Below are positions 1-11,434 of a stretch of 64,000 nt of DNA, one piece after another (position 1 is the first letter of the stretch; each line of letters starts with the position of its first letter). A program made the position numbers and the translations under genes. The notes below the pieces were generated by a model, which saw only the letters and a program-made list of their open reading frames with translations, did not search any database and was not told the DNA's origin. Source of the stretch: Chrysemys picta bellii (Eukaryota); NCBI RefSeq assembly GCF_011386835.1, contig NC_088797.1:34038001-34102000 (forward strand), read 5' to 3'.

Positions 1-27
1 TTCCAGAAAGGCAGCCAGCCTGGAGCT

Positions 28-149
28 TAGGGTGACCAGATGTCCCGATTTTATAGGGACAGTCCCGATTTTTGGATCTTTTTCTTATATAGGCTCCTAT
101 TACCCCCCCCCCCGCCCCGATTTTTCACACTTGCTGTCTGATCTCCCTG
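28..149. mobile_element. Short non-autonomous hAT-type DNA transposon (MITE)
   Basis: Left TIR TAGGGTGACCAGA, degenerate right TIR TCTGATCTCCCTG, and an exact 8-bp TSD CTGGAGCT at 20-27 and 150-157. Confidence 0.8.
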
Positions 150-263
150 CTGGAGCTGGAGAATCCACCCTGCCCTGGGGGGTTTGTTCCACTAGGTTGT
201 CACCATCCCTGTAAAAAACGGGCCTTATTTCTCATTTGAGGTTGTCTGGCTTTTACTCCAAAC

Positions 264-919
264 CTAGTACGCCCACATCTTGAATACTGCGTGCAGATGG
301 GGTCACTCCATCTCAAAAAAGATATGTTGGAATTGGAAAAGGTTCAGAAAAGGGCAACAAAAATGATGAGGGGTATGGAACAGCTTCTGTATGAGGAGAG
401 ATTAATAAGACTGGGACTTTTCAGCTCGGAAAAGAGACGACTAAGAGGGGATAGGATAGAGGTCTACAAAATCATGACTGGTGTGGAGAAAGTGAATAAG
501 GAAGTGTTATTTACTCCTTCTCATAACACAAGAACTAGGGTCACAAAATGAAATTAATAGGCAGCAGGTTTAAAACAAAGGAAAGGACGTATTTCTTCAC
601 ACAATGCACAGGCAACCTGTGGAACTCTGCCAGAGGATGTTGTGAAGGCCAAGACTATAATAGGGTTCAAAAAATAAGTTCATGAAGGATAGGTCCAACA
701 ATGGCTATTAGCCAGGATGGACAGGGATGGTGTCCCTAGCATCTGTTTCCAGAAGCTGGGAATGGGCGGCAGGGGATGGATCACTTGATGAGTACCTGTT
801 CTGTTCATTCCCTCTGAAGCACCTAGCACTGGCCACGGTCGGCAGAGAGGATACTGGGCTAGAAGGACCATTGGTCTGACCCAGTATGGCCGGTCTTATG
901 TTCTTATGGTTCTTGTTCT
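264..919 (+). mobile_element. 5'-truncated CR1 LINE (3' end of ORF2 plus 3' UTR)
   Basis: ORF 291-551 (LEKVQKRATKMMRGMEQLLYEERLIRLGLFSSEKRRLRGD) is typical CR1 RT C-terminus; the element ends in TTATGTTC-type terminal microsatellite units. Confidence 0.9.
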
Positions 920-1605
920 GCCTGTTTATGCTAGATTGAAGAGCCCTCTAGTACCCAGGGCTTTCTCCCCGCGAAGGTCCTTGTACACCGTGATCAATCA
1001 CCTCTAAATCTGCTTTTAGAGACGCTAAACAGATGGAGCTCTTTCCCGTTCTCATAATCAGGCATTTTCTCCAGCCCTTGAATCGTTTGTTGTGGCTCTT
1101 TTCAGCACCCTCTTCAATTTCTCAACATCCAGTCTAAAGTGTGGATCCCAGCGCTATACGCAGTCCCAGTACCAGCCCATCAGTGCCATGTCCTGAGGGA
1201 AAATCACCATCCAGCTACTCCTGTTTATTCATCCATGGGCCGCATTCGCTCTTTTTGGGCAGTCACACTGGGAGCTCATGCTGAGTTGCTGGTCCACTCT
1301 GACTCCCTAGGTCTTTTTCAGTCACTGCTTCCCAGAACACTGTCCCTCATTCTGCAGGGGCTGACCTGCCCTCCTTGGCCCCAGGAGTATAACTTTGCAT
1401 TTGGCTGTATTAAAACACGGGGTTTGAATGGGCGCACTCTACCAAGCGATCAAGGAATGGCCCAACCTGATCACACCATCATCTTTGTGTCATGTGCACA
1501 CTTCACCAGCAGTAACTTTATATTTACTTCCTGGTCACTGATTAAAATGTTAATCAGCACCTGGCCTGGAACCGATCCCTGCAGGACCCCACTAGACACA
1601 CAGCC
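920..1605 (-). mobile_element. Degenerate CR1 LINE fragment, antisense
   Basis: Reverse complement contains CR1 RT-region motifs (GTGTCTAGTGGGGTCCTGCAGGGATCGGTTCCAGGCC; GATGTTGAGAAATTGAAGAGGGTGCTGAAAAGAGCCAC). Confidence 0.7.
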
Positions 1606-2261
1606 CTGCCTCTCCGGCTGGAGCTAAATGACTCTCCATTCACAGAGGCCAGCAGCAGACTCATAAGCCCCTGTACAAGGCCCAGCCCTACCAGGGGACT
1701 GTGCCAGGTGGGTTTCCTAGACACGAGCTCTCAGTGTAAGGGCTAATGTGATCCCAGGATGTGCAGACCGTGAGTGGGCAGTGCAGGGAGGGGATGGGGC
1801 CTCTGTACACAATGTGGCAGAGCCCACAGCCCCACTGTGAAAGCCTGGGGAGGGGCAGAGAGGAGCCACAGGAACGGCCCACAGGCTGGGATCCTGCCAC
1901 CTGGCCAGACACTAAAGCAGCCCTGCAATTCAGAGGGGGCTGCATCCCAAGCTAGAGCCGCGAACATGGGGACATTTCAGACCTGAGGAGGCTCATGAAT
2001 CTCACAGACAAAAGCTGAGCAGAGCCAGGAGCCAACGCTGGCCAAACCCACCCTGGGAAGAAGGGGAAAATGTTTAGCAGGGATTTCCTAGTGGGGCAGC
2101 TCCCCCTGGAATGGGCGCTGAACAAATCCTAACTGGGATCAGCCTCTGGCGTACTAGGCGCTGCACAGACAAGAGACACAGCCTGCCCCCAAGAGCTCAG
2201 ACAAATGGGCAAACAGCAGCATCAAGAGTAACTTGCCCAAGGTCAAAGGCAAAGGTGGGAA

Positions 2262-2440
2262 TAGAACCCAGGAGTCCTGAGTCCCAGCCCCACCTCCTTC
2301 TCAACCACTAGATCCCATGCCCCTCCCAGAGCTAGGGATAGAACCCAGAAGTCCTGGCTCAGAGCCCCTGTGCTCTAACCCCTAGACACCATTCCCCTCC
2401 CAGAGGTGGGATTAGAAGCCATGCATCCTGGCTCACACTC
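2262..2440 (-). repeat. Tandem copies of a tRNA-derived SINE head (representative; many more copies across the window)
   Basis: Recurrent unit rc TCTAGTGGTTAGAG...GGAGCCAGGACTCCTGGGTTCTAT(T/C)CC with A-box and B-box-like motifs. Similar copies near 4470, 16080, 19800, 20500, 26540, 27280, 33080, 33500, 44050 and 48450. Confidence 0.65.
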
Positions 2441-5379
2441 CAGCGTCCTAGCCGGGGCTATATCAGCATAGCGAGGTAAGTCGGAGATGTGAACAAAACA
2501 CCCTGACTGCTGTAGCTCCCAGAGCCGACACAGCTGTGCAGACGAAGGGCATATGTAGACATAACCCTTCCTTTAGGGAGGGGTTCCTACCCCTTTTGTC
2601 GGTGTAAGTTGTGTCTACACCACGGGGCCATGCCGGAAAAGTCCCAACAGACACTGGTCTATGCTGCCTGGCAGGAGGCTGGCCTGGTGTGTCTCTGGGG
2701 AAGCTGCTTTTGCTCCCAGCCCCTACCCCACCACTCCCCCAGCCACGCGCCGGCACTCTGGCTCCCGGCTCACCCAGCAGGCATCTACCTGGGCAGCGGG
2801 AGCTGCGGCACAGCTGGATTTCCACTGGCACTGGGAAGCTCTGTCCTGTGCCTGGCAGCGGGCTGGGATCCCCTGGGGCTAATCCTTTGTTATGGCAGGA
2901 GTATTTGTGGCTCATTCCCCGCTATTTACAAGGGCTTAAGGGATTTGGCTCCAGCTAACACAATAGTCTGAGGGGCCGCCCTCCCTGTGGGTGCTGGTAA
3001 ATACGCTGGGAGCTGACGCAGCATGGGGGGAGGAGGGAGCTTCCCCACTCCCAGCTTGGCCTGTGCTCATCCACCCACATCTACACACACTGCACCAGCA
3101 TCTATTCATCTGGCCATCCAGCACCCGCCTCCAGCCATCCAGCCTTCCCTGGGCACCCCTCTCTCCAGCCAGCCTTTCTTCCCTTCTCCCCATTCCAGTC
3201 ATCTCTCTGTCCATCCATCCCCACACATCCCTTCCCCCATCTTCCCTTCCATTGCGGGGGTCAGGGAGAGCTTTGTTCTCCCGGCATGTCTCCAGTTCCC
3301 CACCCTGCCCATCTCTTGGCCAAGGCTGCTCCCTCTGAGATTCACTCAGGCTCTCTGCCCTCTCCAGCTTTCACCCCCCTCCACTAGTCTCGTTCCCCTG
3401 ATGCTCAGCCACACAGACCTCCCCCCATCCTGCCGGTTGCTCAAGAAAGTGTATGGCTGCATCTCGGCCTCCTCCAGTTGTGGACCTCCAAGCAGCGAGC
3501 ACTTGAGCATCCTCAGGGCAGATACCTCCCTGCTCCTTCCCCAATTCTGGCTGTACCCCACAACTAAGAGATACCCCTTCCATCTCCCAGCTGAGACCTT
3601 GCATCCAGTCCTGGGGCTGCGCTGTGAAAGACCAGGGAGGAGGGTGCACAGAACGACCTGCCTGCTGGGAACCTAACTGCTGGCCAGAGACTGAAGCAGC
3701 TCCCATGATTCAGCATGATGGGGAATGGGGGGATGTGGATGGACCTTGATCCAGGGCTAGAGGCACCAACATGGGAGATTTCTGATCCATGGGGACTCGA
3801 GAATCTCACAGACAAAGGCCTAGCAGGGCCAGTGGCTGGGAGCAGATGCTGGACAAATCCACTCTGGAACGAAGGCAGATGTTTAGCAGGGAGGGGGATT
3901 CCCCACTGGGTAGCTTCCCCTTGGATGGGGGGAGGAGATTCTCCAGTCCTTGGGGGCTTTAAATCCAGGCCAGAAGGCTCTAGGCGATGGTCCTGCCACC
4001 AGATCTGGACTGGGGCAGGAATCGGCTCAAGGGAAGGTGCTGCAGGGGGTCAGACTGTGTGAGTCTAAGGGCCCTTAGCATAGACAGGAGCTCCTGTGCC
4101 GGAACAGCAGCACATTCCCAGCCCTGCTGCAGTGTGGTCCCTCCGCACATGCCCCAGCCCCTCATGCAGCCATTTCCACAGCTTACACTGGCCTTGTGCA
4201 GGGCAGAGGGAGCACATGAGAACAGGGCATTCTGGGTAGAGTTGGCCTGTGGACTGGCTATGTGGGGCTCTGCAGAACATTCGGGGTAGAGCAGGCCTGC
4301 GAGCTGGCGGTGGGGCACCTGCGACAGGAATACCAGGAAACCCTTCTCCCAGAAGGACTGCAAGGTGCTCTGCAAACACCTGTCTGTAGATAGCACTAGT
4401 CCCATCCTACAGACAGGGAAATCGAGGCAGAGAGACCGGTGCAATGTCACACAGCAAATGTGGAAAGAGAACCCAGTAGTCCTGAATTCCAGCCCCCCCA
4501 TCCCCACTCTAACCATTAGATCCCACATCCCCTCCCAGATCTGAGAACAGAGCCCAGGAGTCCTGGCTCCCAAGCCAGTGCCCTAATCACTGGACCCCAC
4601 TCCCCTCAGCCCCTGGCACTCACCCTCCCCCAGTCCCACAAGCACACAAACACACAATCCTCTTGAAGCCACTTGCTCTGCCCATGGGAGCAAGTGTGCC
4701 CCCCCCCCCCCCCCCCGTCTCTGTAGTTGATTCACGGTCTCTTCCAGACCTCTTTAAATAGCCTCTCCCACAGGAGCCCAACAGCAAGGCCCACCCAGGC
4801 TGTGGGGCTGCTGTAGCCCCCACCCCACCCTACCCCCTTCTCCTAGGCCATAGCCTAATTAAGAGGTGTCCTCTTCCAAAATACCCACATGAGCTCACCC
4901 CACCCGGGAAGCAGCGGGGGGCGGACAGAGGGTGGGGGGGGCAGTTTATTATAGAAACCACCTTACAAGGACAGGGCGTCTGGAATAGCAGCAGCCACCT
5001 GATCCCCCTTCCCAATCCCCCAAAACACTCGCATCAGCAGGAACAGCTTCCCAAGCACATGAAACTATCCCTGCTCCACTAACAAGGGGGTGAGGGACTC
5101 AAAACAGACAATCCCCTGCTCTGATCAAACGCCTATTCTTTGTACTGGGGTAGTGCTGAGGATCCCCCGTTGTGCTAAGCACGGTACAAACACAGAACAG
5201 AATGACAGTCCCTGCCCCAAACAGCATACAACTTAATCAGACACTCTGGGGAAAAAATCAAGACATGCAGATTCCTCCAACAGGCGGCTTGGGGGATGGG
5301 GATCCCTGAGGGGGTGTTAGGTTCTCAGACGGAACAATCGGGCAGGTCACCTGTCTGTGTCATGTTGGCACCCTCCCAA

Positions 5380-5560
5380 GCACTGACACACTGGGGTGTG
5401 CACACACACAAACACAGCACTGACACATCAGAGTACACACACACAGACACCCAGAGCACTGATCTGCATAACACTGGTACACAAGGGTACACACACACAC
5501 ACGCACATGCATACCCAAAGCACTGACACACTGGGTTCCACACACACATACGCACACACA
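5380..5560. repeat. CA-rich low-complexity repeat
   Basis: Interrupted (CA)n with repeated CACTGACACA units. Confidence 0.8.
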
Positions 5561-6914
5561 CAACTTGTGCACTGGGCCCTTCCCTGACAACTTAACACAA
5601 GAGTCTAACAAAGAGCCGGTGCAAACTCGCACAGGCGTGGCCCACTAGGGTCAGCTCAGGGCCCACCTACCCCAGTATCCTGTCACCCCAATACCCAGCA
5701 CTAGCTGCTCAGAGGAAGGGGCAAGAGCCCTGCAGTGGTAGGATAACCTGCCCCCAGAGAAAACACCTTCTTGACCCCAACTGCTAGAGTTCAGGGTGTA
5801 GCAGTGAGTTCCACAGGCTGACAGGACCGTGTGTCAATGAGACAACAGGTGAGCAGGGACAGGCAAACATCTGTATGGGGAGGGTGGGGAGCGGTGGCCC
5901 AAGCGCTCTAGTGTGAGCGAGTGGTACTTGTGGGACTCAGGGCAGCATTGTGCAGGCTGGATAAGGGCTGGCAATACCCAGCCTGCAGCTTGACCTAGAC
6001 AGCAGCACCATTCGGTGGGGACTTGTGCCAACAGAAAGGGCTGAATTCTGATCTCCAGAGTCACCCCCTGACTGCAACGAGACCAAGGCCGGATTCTGAT
6101 CTCAGCTTCCCCAGGACCAATCCAGAGTCAACCAGAGATCCCCAGAATTGCCCTGGTGTAGGGAGGATCAGGTCCTGCCCTGACCCTACATCCTGACTTT
6201 TACATTGGAGGCAACTACTTCAAGGAGGGTGGCATTATCTGTGATGTGCCCCTAGCCGGACAGTGCTCCTTGCCAGGAGGGGCAGCCTGGCTGTCCCCTG
6301 GCCACAGAGGCTCTAATAGCCTTTCCTCACCTGATGTAGCTGTGCCACCTCCCTGGATATAGGGTGCCAAGTTAGAGCCTGGTGTTATTGCCGCACGGGG
6401 CACAGGCAGAGAGGATCCCGGGGGGCTGGGGATCAAGATTAGGGCTGGTAGGAGGAAGGAACATCCCACCTTGTGCCATCCCCACCTGCTCAAAGCTCCC
6501 TGCAGCAGTGGCAGACCAGGGGAGAAAGACTCCAATGGTTTGGGCAGAACCAAAGGAAGGGGACACGTGGCTCCCGCGCCCGACGAAGAACAGCAATGTG
6601 CACGCCTGCCATATTGCAGCCCCCTGGGCACGCCTCAGCCGAGAGTTCTGTGGTGCTGGGACCAGGGGCTTTGGGTTAGCAGTTTGGGTTGTGCTCTGGC
6701 TCTAGGGGTTCCTGGGCCCGATCCACCTGGGCATAAGAACATGGACTTGACAGAGGTTCCTGGGGAAAGGGACACAGAATTCGCTGGGCCTGCTCCTGCT
6801 CCGGCTCCCACCCACGCCAGTGGTACTGCATCAATTGCAAGGGAGACAGCCTGGATGTGTTGCGGGCTGAGATCAGGATCAGGCCCACTGCTCTCTGGGG
6901 GTGTCTCACTTTGA

Positions 6915-7660
6915 GAGTGTGTGTGTGAGAGAGAGAGAATGGGGGGAGCTGTTGTGTGTCTGTGTGTGTGTGTGAGTTTGTTGTGGGTCACTGTATGCGG
7001 GAGGGTAGTTGTGTGTAGGAGTGGGATTGTTGTAGGTTAGTATATGTACGGGGTTGTATGTGTGTGAGAGTGGGGTTGTTATGGATCAGTGTATGCAGGG
7101 GAGTTGTGTGTGTATGATAATGGAGTTGTGGGTCAGTGTACAGGGGGGTTGTTGTGGGTCAGTGTATGTAGGGGGGTTGTGTGTGCATGACAGTGGGGTT
7201 ATTGCGGGTCAGTGTATGCAGGGGGGTTGTGGTGTGGGGGTGAGAGTGGGGTTGTGGGTCAGTGTGTGCAGGGGGGTTGTTGTGGGTCAGTATGCAAGGG
7301 GGTTGTGTGTGGGAGTGGGGTTTTGTGGATGGTCAGTGTTTGCAGGGAGGTTGTGTGTGTGTGAGAGTGGGGTTGTTGTGGGTGAGTGTATGCAGGGGGG
7401 TTGTTGTGTGTGGGAATGGAGTTGTGTGTCAGTGTTTGCAGGGAGGTTGTGTGTGGGAGTGGGGTTTTTGTGGGTGGTCAGTGTTTGCAGGGGGGTTGTT
7501 GTGGGTCAGTGTTTGCAGAGGGTTGTTGTGGGTGTATGAGTGGGATTGTTGTGGGTCACTGTATGCAGGGGGGTTGTTGCGTGTGTGTGAGTGGGGTTGT
7601 TGTGGGTCAGTGTTTGCAGGGGTTGTTGCAAGGGAGAGTTTGGGTGTGTGGTGTGTGTGC
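6915..7660. repeat. GT-rich degenerate minisatellite in ACTN3 intron 1
   Basis: Repeated GTTGTGGGTCAGTGT(A/T)TGCAGGGGGGTT-like units interspersed with (GT)n. Confidence 0.8.
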
Positions 7661-8632
7661 GTGAACCAATCGCCCGAGGTTCTCACAGCCACTGCACACA
7701 CAACATCTCGGCCCAAGCGGGCGAGCATGCCACATACACCTGGAGGAGCCTGGTGCACCGCCTGCCCCGAGCCCAGATTGCCCAGATCGCAGCGAGGCAG
7801 GTGGATATATTTAGCCCAGCAGGGCTCTTGCATCCCCATCATTCCTGACATAGTTTGGATGCCACAGACTCTGTTCCAGGACACACGCGGCCGCCTCCTC
7901 GAACTCCCCACTGCTGGCGTCACCCATCTGGGGCTGGGGGCTGGGAAGGGGCATCAAGCCGTATCAGTTACCCTTGCACAGCAGCTGCCTGCTCCAAAGA
8001 TCACCTCCCCACACCCGCCACTTTGGGGCTTGGCTCCTGACAATCCTACATGGCATGGAGCCCGGCTCTCCAACCTTGTGCACTGCTTGGAGACTGCCCT
8101 TGCAGAGATGGGGGCTTCTGCCTGCCCCTGTAACCCGGGACACCTGGGGCTGCCCATTGCAGAGATGGAGCCCTGTGCCCGGCCCCTGTAACTCCAAGCA
8201 CCTGGCACCGCTCGGAGGCTGCCCTCACAGAGATGAGATCTGGCCTGCACCCACCCGTGTAACCCCTAGCACCAGTCAGTGGCTGCCCCCCAAAAGCCCC
8301 AAATCTTTACAGTAATGGCATCCCGTACCTGTCCATCCAGTGCCTAACTCGGCCTCTCTCCTGCTCAGGATCCCCCCCTCCCCCGAGTCCCACCTGACTC
8401 TCTCGCTTGCAGAGATGGGGCCCTGGGCCAGCTTCTCACCATAGTGCCTGGCACCTCTCTGAGGTTCCCACCCTGCTGAGTTTCCCCCATGGGCCCTGAC
8501 TCTCCCCATCAGGCAGACACAGCACCTTGCCCAGTTCTCCAAACCTGGGTACCATGGGAACCCCCCCACAGCAGCTCTCGCAGGCTCCCACCCTGCTTCC
8601 CCTGCCCATAACTGTCCCCCATAGCCACCCAC

Positions 8633-8764
8633 CTTCCTCTGCTGCTTCTCCCAGGCGGGGTCCAGCAACAGGTCCCGGTCCCAGTCCTCCTCCTGCTGCA
8701 TGTACTCTTCGGTCATCATGTACGAGTGGTTGTACTGGATATGGCTCTCTACTTGCGTGGTCAT
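8633..8764 (-). CDS. ACTN3: Alpha-actinin-3, coding exon 1 (rest of gene lies left of the window)
   Basis: 132 nt, [44 protein letters not shown], then donor GTGGGT. The [18 protein letters not shown] motif is the alpha-actinin N-terminus. Paralog called from the head-to-head arrangement with ZDHHC24, as in human. Exon 2 was not seen in 1-8632. Confidence 0.85.
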
Positions 8765-9374
8765 TGTGGCTTGTCCTCTTGTCCCTCTCTGCACGTCTGA
8801 CTGTCCCCTCTTCCCCCTTAGCCTCCGGTTGTCCCTCTCACAGGCCCTCCTCGCTGCTCTGTACTGCCCCTTGCCCAAGGCACCAGCTCCCTTCTCCTGG
8901 AGGTCAGATCCCCCTGCCCCTGGTGGCTGGCAGCTTTGCCCTGTCCCGAGCTCCTGGTCAAAAAATACCCACGTGACTGGTCCCCATTAAGTATTATCAG
9001 CCTGGGGAAGGGGGATCAGGTTCCACCTTTAAAAGGCCAGGGGGAGGATATAGAGGGGCTGTCCTCACCAACCAGGGAGGGTGAGGACAGCTGCTGGCAG
9101 GCCACAGACCCGACCCTCCCTCCTTGCAGGCTCTTAAAGGGACCTTGTACCTGGAGGGGAGGGAGGATGGCTTGCTGGTGGTCTGGGGACAGGAAATGCA
9201 CAATAAGCCCCAGCGGGAGCTGGGGGCGGCCAGTTCCCAATGAGGAGCAGAGGTGTCAGACCTGGAAAAGGCCATTAAGTCATCAGGAGGAACCCAGGGC
9301 CAAGGAATGAGCTGGGAGCAGGGATAGGATGGCGTCAGCTGCAAAAATCAAAGGGAGGCAGCTTGGCCAGTGAT

Positions 9375-9485
9375 AGAGCCAGGACTCCCGGGTTGCACTC
9401 CCAGCTCTGCCAGTGCCCTGTTGTGTGACCTTGACCAAGTTCCATCCCTGCTCAGTGCCTCAGTTTCCCAGCTCTAAAATCAAGG
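9375..9485 (+). mobile_element. MIR-like CORE-SINE fragment
   Basis: TGTGTGACCTTGACCAAGT...GTGCCTCAGTTTCCC...TAAAAT core. Related cores near 4390-4470 (-), 15750-15785 and 23470-23520. Confidence 0.6.
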
Positions 9486-10384
9486 GACTGACACTCCCCT
9501 CCCCCCCCCCCCCCGCACCCCACACAAAGCTCTTGGAGATACTTGCAAGAAGCACAAGTCTAACTACCATTCTGCAAGTCCCCTGCAGGGAAGAACATGT
9601 CACTGACCAGTGCCATGCATGGGGGGAGACCTGGGAGGGCAATACCATATCCATCAGCCAGCACCTGGCAGCGAAGCTGTGACCTGGTACCCCACCCCCA
9701 TCCCAGCAACACATAAACACCCCAGGCACCTGCAGGGGGGCTCAGGTGGGGAGATTGCCCCGGGAAGGGAAAGCTGTAGGGACTAGGGGAGCTGACTTAG
9801 AGAACACTGATTCCCCCCAATTCAGCAGCACTGCAGGTCTCAAGTGCCCTCTCCCTGTGCTGTAGCTCTGGTTACACCAGGGCTATTATTAGCAGCACAG
9901 GCTGGGCTGGGCGCTCCCAGAAGTGGCTAGCGATTGTGGGCCGGAGAGGAAATCTCAAAGGAGGACCCAAATTTCCAGGTACCTGAACCCTCACCTTTTG
10001 CAGACCGGGCCCATTTGCCTCCCCAAAAATGGCAGTTCCCCCTCCACCCCAAACACTAATCGCTTGGCTCTGGGATTTCAAGGCACTGTCCAGCACTGCC
10101 ACTGCCTGGCAGCATGTGTCCAACCACAGGGTGTGGCATCCCACAGGACAGCATGTGGAATGGTGGGTGTCTCTGGCCTGCACTTAGCAGGGGAGGGTCT
10201 GTACCAAACAAGCAACCCAAAGGAGATACCATGGAATGAACCTCCAGGGCAGGGGCTGGACTGCACCGAGGTGTGGCAGCGGGACAGAGCATGGGCCCGG
10301 GAACAAGGGGGTAGGGTGGCCACCTTGAAAAAGGGCAAAGCTCTGCTAATTTCATCTGAGACCTATGGGCATTGTGGGCCCTCA

Positions 10385-11104
10385 GGCACGGTGACCCCAT
10401 TCCCCTCACTGGGCACCATGACTCCCCTGGGCACCATGTCTCCCCCAGGCACGGTGACCCCGCTCCTCTCACTGGGCACCAGGACTTCCCCGGGCACGGT
10501 GACCCTGCTCCCCTCACTGGGCACCATGACTCCCCCGGGCACCATGTCTCCCCCGGGCACGGTGACCCCGCTCCTCTCACTGGGCACCATGTCTCCCCCG
10601 GGCACGGTGACCCCGCTTCTCTCACTGGGCACCATGTCTCCCCCGGGCACGGTGACTCCACTCCTCTCACTGGGCACCATGTCTCCCCCGGGCACCATGT
10701 CTCCCCCAGGCACGGTGACCCCGCTCCTCTCACTGGGCACCAGGACTTCCCCAGGCACGGTGACCCTGCTCCCCTCACTGGGCACCATGACTCCCCCGGG
10801 CACCATGTCTCCCCCGGGCACGGTGACCCCGCTCCTCTCACTGGGCACCATGTCTCCCCCGGGCACGGTGACCCCGCTCCTCTCACTGGGCACCATGACT
10901 CCCCCGGGCACCATGTCTCCCCCAGGCACGGTGACCCCGCTCCTCTCACTGGGCACCAGGACTTCCCCGGGCACGGTGACCCCGCTCCTCTCACTGGGCA
11001 CCATGTCTCCCCCGGGCGCGGTGACCCCGCTCCTCTCACTGGGCACCATGTCTCCCCCGGGCGCGGTGACCCCGCTCCTCTCACTGGGCACCATGACTCC
11101 CCCC
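10385..11104. repeat. 720-bp composite VNTR of 27-bp and 18-bp monomers
   Basis: 14 copies of GGCACGGTGACCCCGCTCCTCTCACTG and 19 copies of GGCACCATGTCTCCCCCG variants; 14x27 + 19x18 = 720. Confidence 0.95.
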
Positions 11105-11109
11105 TGAGC

Positions 11110-11230
11110 ATCGTGATTGGTCGATCGCGGTTTCTGTCAGAGGGAAGGTTGGGCAAAGGGGCCCTCCCAGCCCCTGATTGGCCGGGCGCGCTGCCGCACC
11201 CGAGCTGGAGGCGGAAGCGGAGGCCGAGGA
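11110..11230 (+). promoter_or_regulatory. ZDHHC24 CpG-rich core promoter
   Basis: Inverted CCAAT boxes (ATTGG at 11116-11120 and 11177-11181) and an ETS-like GCGGAAGCGG at 11211-11220, about 200-300 bp before the ATG. Confidence 0.55.
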
Positions 11231-11434
11231 GAGTGAAAGAGAGGCCTCCCTAGAGCCCCGACCCGGGACAGAGACCCACCCCCCCCGGTGCAGAGATCTT
11301 GGGGAGGGCACCAGGCCCAGGAGAGACGCCCCCTCCCCTTAGGGCAGGGTGGCAGTCAGCACCCCCGCCCCACCCGGCGGGAGAGGCTGATCTGTGCCCC
11401 TGGGAGCGCTCGCGTGGGGCGCCCCCTGGCAGCC

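Noticed and set aside
7054-8191. Cys/Gly/Val-rich ORFs resembling keratin-associated or metallothionein-like proteins
   Set aside because: They are translations of the GT-rich minisatellite, open in several frames at once.
10385-11104. CRISPR-like appearance of the regular repeat array
   Set aside because: The intervening units are near-identical monomers, not unique spacers; there are no cas genes and the context is an intron-containing vertebrate locus.
9923-11253. Long mucin-like or other repetitive ORFs (394, 366, 293 and 243 aa)
   Set aside because: They stay open only because the monomer lengths are multiples of 3 and lack stops in those frames; no signal peptide or supported splice structure was found.
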